From the NCBI GenBank assembly GCA_964016885.1, contig OZ024744.1:68448001-68512000 (forward strand): a stretch of DNA of 64,000 nucleotides, read 5' to 3'. Numbering within the stretch: the stretch's first letter is position 1; each line of letters opens with the position of its first letter. The notes beneath the pieces were generated by a model. The model had not been told where the DNA came from. It worked only from the letters and a program-made list of their open reading frames with translations, and did no database searches. Positions 53,783 through 64,000 of this stretch are shown piece by piece. The position numbers and the translations under genes are program-made. This stretch comes from Eledone cirrhosa. Taxonomy: Eukaryota.

Positions 53783-54121
53783 AGTATAGCCCCGGCATTC
53801 GTAGTCCCTACATTCGAGGTACATGTTATTCGCGAAATTTTTCTTAGAACCTAATAGTTGTTTGTGGAAACCTTCGCATATACGCGGAATCGTGACTATC
53901 CTCCACTATGTTTTAATGGCTTTTTTCGCGGCTATATATATTTTTTCACGCTTTATAACGCTACATTATTAATAACAATATACCGTATTTGCCGGCCTAT
54001 ATTTTACGTTACTTTTTTTACGTTGATAGGCATTTTTATGGACAACGTCCAATATTCGCGATTTTTCATTCTTCGCGGCCGTGTAGGAACGCAGCCCCCG
54101 CGAATATCCGAGGACAACCCT
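53783..54121. mobile_element. possible pogo/Tigger-like MITE
   Basis: Degenerate terminal inverted repeats ..CCCCGGCATTCG / CGCGAATATCCGAGGAC... Confidence 0.35.
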
Positions 54122-54154
54122 CTCTCTCTCCTTTTCTATCTCTCTCTCTCTCCT

Positions 54155-54277
<123 letters not shown>

Positions 54278-54325
54278 TAAGGAAAAGCGAAGTAGTTTCA
54301 GATGTTCAAGTCCTTTAATAATAAT

Positions 54326-54399
54326 GCTGTGATATATATTTCAATGACGACACTGGCCACACTGTTCTGTGTGCGAGTGTCGTGTCATCATCAGACAGC
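54326..54399 (-). ncRNA. type I hammerhead ribozyme with long stem II and palindromic loop III
   Basis: GCUGU-CUGAUGA..ACGACACU/AGUGUCGU..GAA-A-UAUAUA-U-C-ACAGC. Confidence 0.7.
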
Positions 54400-54661
54400 T
54401 TGTTACATAATAAGGTTATGTTTCCGAGGCAATCCAAATTGAATCGACATGGGAACGGATGAAGTTCGTGCCTTTGGGTTTTTCATCCGTTCCCTTGTGA
54501 GTACCAATTCACCCCCACCGGTCTGCGCAAGCGCATGTCCGAAGGAAGTTGACCATTAGCCACCGCAGATTTCAACGAAATTCGCTGTCAGTTCACCCTC
54601 TCAGCGAAAACAATGGCCCACCTATGCCATTACACTAATATATATATATATATATATATAT

Positions 54662-55858
54662 AATAATAATAGGCTGCCCGTTGCAGATGGTGGGGCATGG
54701 GAAAAAGTAGGTCCTTCATCAGTGACCCTCCAACCGTCCCAGGCATTTCATCGCTTTAAGGGCCATATGCCTCAGGTTGGTGCGAACAACGGCTAAAAAA
54801 AGTCGTTGGGACACGTAAACAAAAGGGACGCCAGGGTAACAAACAAAAAAGTTTAAGCAACGGAAAGTGAGAGGAAATAGACAAGTCCCAGATCTCTATG
54901 AATATAAACTCGGTGAAATCGTGAACAAGAGACAAAAGACCATCAAACCTGGTTGAAATGTGAGCAAGGAAAGAATTTCGCCCAAGTTTGACGGGGGGGG
55001 GGGGGGAAGAGAGAAGAAGAAGAAGAAGAAGAAGAAGAAGAAGAAGATAAAGGGGTCTGGTCTACGAATTCGGTAAACATAAGTTTTGTGAAGTCGCAGA
55101 CGAAAGAGAGAGAGAGAAAAAAATTTCCATACTAGCTTGGTCAAGACCGCGCGAGAAAAGAATTACACACAGGTCAAACTTGAAGGAGGAGGAGGAAAGA
55201 GGAGGGGGAGAGGTAGTGACAGAGAATGAGTGAGTGAAAGTTGAGGAGGAGGCTAACAGAGAGAGAGACTGCTAGGAAGGGTAAAAACGAACAGACGAGT
55301 GGCAGCAGAAGAAAAATTATGTGTAAATATGATAATAATAGGCTGCCCGTTGCAAATGGTGGGGCATGTGAAAAAGTAGGTCCTTCATCAGTGACCCTCC
55401 AACCGTCCCAGGCATTTCATCGCTTTAAGGGCCATATGCCTCAGGTTGGTGCGAACAACGGCTAAAAAAAGTCGTTGGGACACGTAAACAAAAGGGACGC
55501 CAGGGTAACAAACAAAAAAGTTTAAGCAACGGAAAGTGAGAGGAAATAGACAAGTCCCAGATCTCTATGAATATAAACTCGGTGAAATCGTGAACAAGAG
55601 ACAAAAGACCATCAAACCTGGTTGAAATGTGAGCAAGGAAAGAATTTCGCCCAAGTTTGACGGGGGGGGGGGAAGAGAGAAGAAGAAGAAGAAGAAGAAG
55701 AAGAAGAAGAAGAAGAAGAAGAAGAAGAAGAAGAAGAAGAAGAAGAAGAAGAAGAAAGAGAAGAAGAAGAAGAAGAAGATAAAGGGGTCTGGTCTACGAA
55801 TTCGGTAAACATAAGTTTTGTGAAGTCGCAGACGAAAGAGAGAGAGAGAAAAAAATGT

Positions 55859-55863
<5 letters not shown>
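54662..55863. repeat. tandem ~470-bp duplication including (AAG)n, possibly PLE pLTR
   Basis: 54662-55131 and 55333-55863 are near-identical apart from (AAG)n length; minus-strand TFQPGL resembles a PLE ORF end. Confidence 0.8.
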
Positions 55864-55910
<47 letters not shown>

Positions 55911-55960
55911 GAAAAAGTGGAGAATAACATGGTCAAAGTACATAAAAGAGGATTTATTTG

Positions 55961-56070
55961 CAATCTAACAATTGTTTCACTGATAAAGTTGTCTAAAAAT
56001 TGCTGAACACTAAAAACAGTGCCACTCAATTTTTAATACGATGTTAACTCTACTGTATCATCGGAAACTG
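55961..56070 (-). ncRNA. degenerate hammerhead motif with long stem II
   Basis: CAGUUU-CCGAUGA..GAA-A-CAAUUG-U-U-AGAUUG; related sequence at 39300-39400. Confidence 0.4.
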
Positions 56071-56789
56071 TTTAAAACATATATATGTAACCGGCAAATT
56101 TACAAATTCAAATTACATCCTCAATAATAATATTAATAATAAAGATATAGAGAGAAAAGGAGGAAGAAAGGGAGATAGATACAGTAAAGAAAGAAAGGAA
56201 AGGAAGGAAAAAGAGGAAGAAGGAAAAAGGAAAAAGAAAAAGAGAAAGAAGAAGAAAAGGAGAAATTATTGTAGATAGAAATATAAAGAGAGGAAGATAT
56301 ATAGAACATGATGGTGTATATATGAGAGACAAACGTAAATAAGAATAAACGTATGATAGAGAGAAGAGAAGGATAGAGGGAAAAATAGATGAATGAACGT
56401 TAATGCATGAATAAATGTAAATAAAAATAAAAATATATATATAAAAAATATATATATGAAAAAATGGTGAAAATATGATAATGTTAAATATATTTAGGTG
56501 TGTATTGGTTATTTTAATAAATAAATTAATTAATTAGTTTTATGTTATATTATATGATAAAATAGAATGACAGAGATGAGATAAATTTAGGGAGAGAAAT
56601 ATAAAGATAGAGAGTGAAAGATAGAGATATATAAAATAAGAATGTAAATCTAAGAGGTTTTGATGTTGTTCTTTGATAGATGATGACAATTATAGTTATA
56701 ATTATAATTATATGATGATGTTGATAATGTGATATCATAATAGATCCAAGTGGTACAATCTGGGTTATGGAATAGATAAGATGGAATTA

Positions 56790-57600
56790 AGCTGGTCTAA
56801 AGTTCTCAAATTTAGTTGCTGATTTATGTCGACAAAAAAATGGCTTTTTCAATTTTACTGTTAAGAAGAATCTTGTTGTAATTTAAAATTTGAAAAAGTT
56901 CCATATTACAGAGACCGCAGTGGGACATACCAATTTGATAGCTTTGTCCAGCTCATTTTATATTCCATGTTTGCATCTTCAAGTTGCCAGATTTTATTGG
57001 CGAGAGTCCTTGTCTTTGAGAGATTACTGTTAGTCATAGAGTGTCTATGTACGTACCTCCTTTTCTTAAACTCCCCAGCTGTGGAACCAATGTAATGCCA
57101 TGCTAAGCTACCTGAATATATAGTACATAGGTATACTATATTTGTCTCTAGGCATATCTTTTGTAAAGGACATTTGTCAGGTAGATGGCAGTTACATTTA
57201 TATGCTTTTCTATGCGCCGGTTCTTCTATATGGTTTTGTAGGTTGCTATGTATGGGGTGAGAATTGGGTGAGTATGTGGTGATGTGTTCTGACGTGTGTT
57301 TGGTTGTGATGATGTTATATGCTTATGTTTTGTATTTGGTGTTATGGTACTTATTTGTGGTTTACTTGTATTATGAATTCTTTTATAGTTAATTTTATGT
57401 ATGTGCGATTCTCTGTTGTTGGCAGTGGATTATGATAGTTTGATAGTTTTTCTATTAAAGATTTTATGATATTTATGAATTTTAGGGAAATGTTTGTCAC
57501 CTAATTTGAAGAAAGTGTAAGGTAGCTTAGTTTTTAAAGAGGAGTTAAACATTGGATTGAACCATAAGTAGTTTCTATTTCTGCATCTTCTATAGTTATT
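56790..57600 (-). mobile_element. Naiad-type Penelope-like element 3' part (linker plus GIY-YIG), decayed
   Basis: Manual translation: WFNPMFN..DKHFP..KIFNRKTIKLS; KCNC..CPLQKICLETNIVY..YIGSTAGEFKKR..H..S; CGLCNME..LLN..CRHK. Confidence 0.85.
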
Positions 57601-57826
57601 AGTGGTCTTTGTATTAGTATTCTGTTCCTTTAATTTACGTGGTTGTTGCCAATTTGTATGTTTAGTCCTAGGCTTGTTGTTTCTATAGGTGTGGATGGTG
57701 CCATTAATATTAAGTGTGTTGTTATTTTTTGTATCTGGTATTTGAGTCTCTATTTATGGCCTTCCTTAAGTAAAGCTATGTTGTAGTAGTTAGCGTGTAC
57801 ATTATAAATTTCTATTCTAAGGGACA

Positions 57827-57973
<147 letters not shown>

Positions 57974-58084
57974 CTAGCAGTAAAGCACGGCGTTGCTCGG
58001 GGCTGCTCCCGTTAATGTTGAAAGCAGCGATTCTTTGCTTAAACTTTCTTTCTTTCTCAATCCCTCTCCCTTTTTTGTCACACC

Positions 58085-58121
<37 letters not shown>

Positions 58122-58175
58122 ACTCATACCCACCTCTCTCTCTCTTCCTCTACAGAATGGAGAACAATAAAGAAC

Positions 58176-58239
<64 letters not shown>

Positions 58240-58392
58240 TTAACGAAGGAGATGTGGTAAGGAACCAGATGGACCATAACGCACCAGAGTACTCAATGCT
58301 TAGGGTATTAGAGTGGGTAATAGGAAAAAGCCGTCGAAACGGCTTGAACTCTGCCGTCGGGGTCATACTTTTTCCTATTATCTCTCTGTCAT

Positions 58393-58429
<37 letters not shown>

Positions 58430-58430
58430 T

Positions 58431-58511
<81 letters not shown>

Positions 58512-58935
58512 CAGCGTTCGTTGCCATTCTATCTCTCTCTCTCTGTCTCTCTATCTGATTATCTTGTACTTCTCTCTGTATAACGACCTATTTCACTCTC
58601 TTTCTCTCTACATCTCCATTCCTCCCTTTAGATGTATATGTATATATGTGTGTGTGTGTGTGTGATATATATCTATTGAGAGATGCAACATGTATGTAGT
58701 TTCATAGATTTTTGAGGGTAGTGGTGAGAGTGAATAAGAGAGAGGGTTACAGCATGTATTTAGTTTTATCGATTTTTTTCATAGAAGCAGGAAATTTTTG
58801 GCAAAGTTTATTACGCGTTGACCATCCTTGGTAAATTTGGAGCACATTGGAAAAAATCATCAAAATCGGTAGAGAAATGTGGAAATGCATAAAAATCATA
58901 CACACAGACAGACATCTTCCGTTTTATATATAGAG
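57974..58935 (-). mobile_element. non-autonomous Helitron remnant with nested insertions
   Basis: 3' hairpin plus CTAG at 57974 (same as 47081); 5' TCTATATATAAAACGGAAGATGTCTGTCTG near 58935. Another CTAG end lies at 58939. Confidence 0.55.
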
Positions 58936-60273
58936 AGACTAGCAGAAAACCACCCGGTGGGCGGTTTTCTGCTAGCAAATCTAGTGTATATACTGATATT
59001 GTTGAGATTTGGATGAGAAATGTTTTCGGCACCACATGTTTACCGTCTCTCGGTGTGTCTTTTATGCATGTATAAATATATATGTTATCTATACGGTGAA
59101 ATCTCTGAAATAAATATATGTTAAAACGAAAAAGGAGAAAATAAATAACTGGCGGTTAGAAAAAAATATTCCTATGAAATTTTAATCATACCATTAGGTG
59201 TGAATAAGGAAATATTTTTTTATTGTCAAAACAAATGTTCAAAAGTTAAACTTCAATTTTTTGAATTATTTCCAATTTTTTCATGAAATTGAACACTGGA
59301 CATTGGCTGCTGGAAATGGAAATTAAATCGTATTTAATTGTATTTAAATTTCTAACCTTATTTTATTATTTATATTTTTTCAATAAGAAATTTAAAAAAA
59401 CACCAAAAAAATTAAAGAAAAAAATTGAACAAATCAAACGTAGGTTATGGAACTGCGCAATCTGATTAATAAATTACCTCATCAGCAGCAACCTTCTTCA
59501 AATGGTCATTATTATCAGCAGCAACAACCACAAATTCAATGGCAACCTTCTTCAAACCACAAATTCAATGGCAACCTTCTTCGCATGGTGTCAAGTCAGA
59601 ACCGCCTCAAACTGGTTACTTCTGGCTTGTGCAAGGTGTCTCTATAGCAACCAGCGATTCCCTCGGCCTCAGTGACCAAAGTCAGTGGAGAGGGGAAGCT
59701 AATGTTTCTATAAAGGAAGGGGAAGGTAATATTTCTGTAGCACGTGTTTTAGCGTCTATTCACTCTCTCTCTCCCTCTCCCCCCCCCCCGCTATCCCCCT
59801 CTCGTAGTCTGTCTCTTTCTTTCACTCTCACTCTCTCTCTACGCACGTGTTTCCACTGTCGGACAGACAGACAGAGAAATTGCTGGTTATATATTTAAGT
59901 AGATAGACTATGTCTGTTTCCGGGTAACCTCTACAATTTGCAACCGATTTTCTTCCAATTTAGCACAAACATCTGTTATACTCCTGACCTTCGTACGAAC
60001 TCATTACATTTTCAAATTTGTATCTACAGCGCCTTCTATGAGAGAAATATCGACTTTCAAAAGTCATTTTTGTCAATAACTTCTACAGTTTACATTCGAT
60101 TTACTTCAAATTTGGAACAGACATACATTATATTCCCAATTTTTATATTGGACTAAAAAAATTTTGTTTAGTGCAACACCTAGTCTGAGGGAGTTAACTA
60201 CCGATTAAATGGTAGCATTGACCTTGGATTTTAACTGTTGTGAAATAACCATAGTCAGTATGATCTTTTTCAG

Positions 60274-60353
60274 CTCCAAAGGACGTCATCTGAAACACTG
60301 TAATATACCGCATAACATTGCTTCTGAAGTGTTTAGCTTCGTTAGTACGGACT
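60274..60353 (+). CDS. candidate host internal exon
   Basis: CTTTTTCAG acceptor, open frame SKGRHLKHCNIPHNIASEVFSFVSTD, GTAAGT donor. Confidence 0.25.
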
Positions 60354-60524
60354 GTAAGTAGTATATGGATAAAAGCTGGAGGGTAGATTAATTTCTTTGT
60401 TCTGTAAAATCAAAGATTGTAAAACGACTTCTTGTTAAACCTGTAAAACAACTTCTTGTTAAACATGTACATTGATCTATAGTTTAAGCCGATGTTGGAC
60501 GTCTCTCTTTCTCTGTCTCTCTCT

Positions 60525-60571
<47 letters not shown>

Positions 60572-60670
60572 AATATCTAACACCTTAATTGTATCTCTCT
60601 CTATATAACAGCCTATCTCTCTTTTTCTGCCTCTTCCTCTGTGTGTCTCTCTCTCTTTAGATGTGAGCTG

Positions 60671-60759
<89 letters not shown>

Positions 60760-61091
60760 TGACCTGTTAGCGACTACGAAAGCGGGCGGAAACTACCGAA
60801 ATCGTTATTTATGATTTACTTAGTAAGCTTAAGCTATGTAAATAAAATAAGAATAAATAAAATAAGAATAAAAAAAATAGTAATAATAAGTTAACCACAA
60901 TATACAGTTGTACTTATGTATCATAATTATGAATCGTTATTATAATCATATAAGTTTGGTTGGCTCGGCACAATATGTGTGCATATATACATACAGACGT
61001 ATTCACATAGGTACATTGCATACATATAAATCCATATACATTTACACACATACATATATAGATATACATGCATACATATGCATATATACGT

Positions 61092-61134
<43 letters not shown>

Positions 61135-62185
61135 AACACACACACATGCATACGTACGTAAGTGCATACATACATAGATACATACATACACATATGTACA
61201 TATACACAATACATACGTATATACACATATGCATATATACATACAAACCTAGATACATACGCACTTACACTCAAACAAATATACACACATATATACATAT
61301 ATACATACATACAAAATGTTCCTATAGTATATATCTCTCTCTATATAAAATTCTTCGTCCCTCTGTCTGTTCCTATGCATTCTCTAACGGCCGGACCAAA
61401 TCAATTTTTACAAGGTTAACAGTATTAGAACCAGGGAGTGTCAACATATAATATTTAATTTCATTTGGATTAAAACAATATAAGATTTTATCTAAAATAA
61501 TATTTTTATAGTCAACTATAGTAATCCACCACCACCACAACGACTCACATTTTGTATATGAGTATGTATGTGTCTGTGAGTGTGTGTGTGTGTCTTATGA
61601 GAATTAAACACTCACACATCTATACATACATACACATAATGTGTGTGAGTGTATGTGTGTTGACTGACATAACGATATTTTCTTTAGTCAACTATAGTAA
61701 ACCACCACCACCAACACCACGACAACGTTACATTTTGTATATGAGTGTGCACACAGACAACTAAACACACACACACATCTACACATAGAGATACATATGT
61801 GATGATAGACAGGTGTGTGTGAATGTATATCTGTGTATGTCTGTCTTAGCATATGTGTGTGAGTGTATGTGAGAGTGTGTGTGAGTGTATGTGTGAGTGT
61901 ATGTGTGTGTTAGTGTATGTGTGTGTGAGTGTATGTGAAAGTATATGTGTGTGTGTGAATGTATGTGTGATCATTTTTATTTTCATTTGAATGAAAACAA
62001 TAGGACGTCACATTTTATATATGAATATGTATGTCTGTGAATATATGTGTATTTGCGCGTTCATTAGTTACACAATGAATATTGTTTACCCTAAGGTACT
62101 TCAAGATTAACAGATTTTCATTTACCTTTTACATACATACTGTTATATATATGAGGGGAATAGGACCCAAGACGGTGAACTTTGT

Positions 62186-63950
62186 TCAGGTGATGGGGTG
62201 GTAGGTGAGAGGGAAAGGAACACGGGTGTTGGGAGGGCGGGGTTGAGGTGAGAGGGCTGTGGTGCGGTCTGTTTCACGGGCGCGGGTGAGAGCAGCTTGG
62301 ATCAAGTTGGGGGGATATCCACACTGGATGATGAAGCAGGAAGCCATGCGAAGGGAATGGGTTTCGAAATCGTCGTCCTGGCTACAGAGTCGACGAAGAC
62401 GGAGGAATTGGGAATAGGGTATGGAGTGTTTGGTGTGGGTTGGATGGGAGGAGGTGAAGTCGAGATAAGATTGGGAGTCTGTTGGTTTAATGAAGATGGA
62501 AGTCGAGAGGGTGTGGTGAGAGTGATTAATAGATAGAGAGATATCTAGAAAGGTGACAGAAGAATCGGAGACGGAGGCGGTGAAATTGAGAGCAGGATGG
62601 AAAGATTGAACAAAAGAAAGAAAATAGTCGAGCTGTTCTCTTGATAGAGAGGTGGCGCTGATACAGTCGTCGATATAACGACGGTATAGCTCAGGAGTCG
62701 GTCCAGCGTACTCGGAGAAGATCTGGGCTTCGACGTAGACAACAAACAAGTTGGCATAGTTTGGACCCATTCTGGTTCCCATCGCTACCCCAGAGACCTG
62801 CTGATAAAATTCACCCAAAAAGGAAAATCCATTGAGGGTGACAACAAGTTCAGCCAGACGGTGAAGAGGAGTAGTGCTGGGGTAAGGGGTAGGGCGTAAA
62901 TCTGAAATATGCTGGAGAGCGCGGAGGCCGTCATCTTGAGGGATAACGGTATAGACAGGATGATGACCAGGGTAAAGAGAAGGTGAGAGGCACCAGGAAG
63001 GAAGGAGAAAGAGTTGAAGAGTCTAAGGGCATGATTTGTATCGTGGATGTGGGGGGGGGGGGAGATTGCCGACCAACAGGGCGAGGATGGTGTGTGAATA
63101 TTCAGATATTATCTCGGTGAGGCAGTGGCACGCAAAAACGATAGGGCGGCCAGGATTATTTTGTTTGTGTATTTTAGGGAGGATGTAGATGGTGGGTGTG
63201 CGAGGGGTGCGTACAATAAGGTTGGTGGGTGTGGGGGGTAGGTGAGAGGAGGAGATGAGCTCGTGGATGGTGGAGGACACGAGTTGTTGGTAGCTAGGAG
63301 TGGAGTCGGAGGATAAAGGGCGGTAAAAAAGGGTATGGTCAGCGCTCCAAACCACCACAGCGCCACAGTGGGTTTGATGACAATGTCATCGCGACGCCGA
63401 AGGTTGCGAAGAGCGGAGAGCTCAGTCCGTGTCATGTTAGAGCGACGAGAATGCTGGTGAAACGGAACCGATTGACAGTACGCTGGCAAATATCGACAAA
63501 GGAGTCGAGGGTGCTGAACTGGCCAGGGCACGGCGTCCAATGTGATTGCCGGCGACTGAGACGACTGATGTCATCCGTCTGTGTCGATGATGGCGTGTCG
63601 TGAAAAAAATCTTTCAGCTTTAATCAACGGAAGAACCCTTCAATGTCGGCACGTGTGCGGAACTCGTCGCAGGTAGATGTGGTTGGTATAAAACGCAAAC
63701 CACGGGTGAGGAGAGAGTGCTCAGCTTCGGAGAGTTGTAGGTCTTGGGGTATGGTGACTATAGCGCAGGGGCGTGAGGGAGTGAGAGAGGCGGAGGCGGA
63801 GGGGTCAAGGTGTTTGGGCAAATCGTGTGCAGATACAGTAGTAGGTGCGGGTTAGAGGGTTAGGGTTGGAGGCGATATGAGTATGGGTGGTGACGGCAGG
63901 CGGGGAGCGGAGAGAGTCGAGTTTATGATTTTTTACGGAAGTCAGGAAAT
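62186..63950 (-). mobile_element. Penelope-like element reverse transcriptase, disrupted
   Basis: LLTRGLRFIPT, IVIKP, YILPKIHK..PGRPIV, FYQQVSGVAMGTRMGPNYANLF, RYIDD, FLDI, KPTDSQSYL, IPYSQFLRLRRLCS. Confidence 0.92.
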
Positions 63951-64000
63951 TGAAAAGGAGGCCATTGAGGTAGGCCTTGGGGAGATCTCGGTCGAGAGAA

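Noticed and set aside
63849-63869. TTAGGG-like sequence next to the PLE RT
   Set aside because: Only about two imperfect units, inside a Pro-rich coding stretch of the element.

Overview
AT-rich, microsatellite-saturated animal DNA that is intronic or intergenic. The repeat content suggests a cephalopod such as Octopus (inference only). No complete host gene is visible, and almost all ORF-track entries are translations of (TA)n/(CA)n/(CT)n/(ACC)n repeats. The window holds four minus-strand Tx1-clade (L1-like, APE-RT) non-LTR retrotransposons: three near full-length and one 5'-truncated. It also has an R4/Dong RLE fragment, RTE and CR1-group fragments, Penelope-like (PLE) RT and Naiad-type GIY-YIG fragments, about 13 copies of a tRNA-derived SINE, a mariner relic, non-autonomous Helitrons and more than 10 hammerhead-ribozyme motifs. 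Top observation: in these diverged Tx1 elements ORF2 is bracketed like a GT-AG intron. A consensus 5' splice site overlaps the ORF1 stop codon, the ORF2 TAG stop can serve as the 3' AG, and an ORF1-frame stop follows within 1-2 codons in all four copies. This predicts a spliced ORF1-only mRNA. Other notable points are a head-to-tail (AAT)n-targeted SINE/Tx1/Tx1/Dong array, a sister Tx1 in (GATA)n, a SINE tail resembling the Tx1 tail, and fold-back palindromes centred on hammerhead stems.
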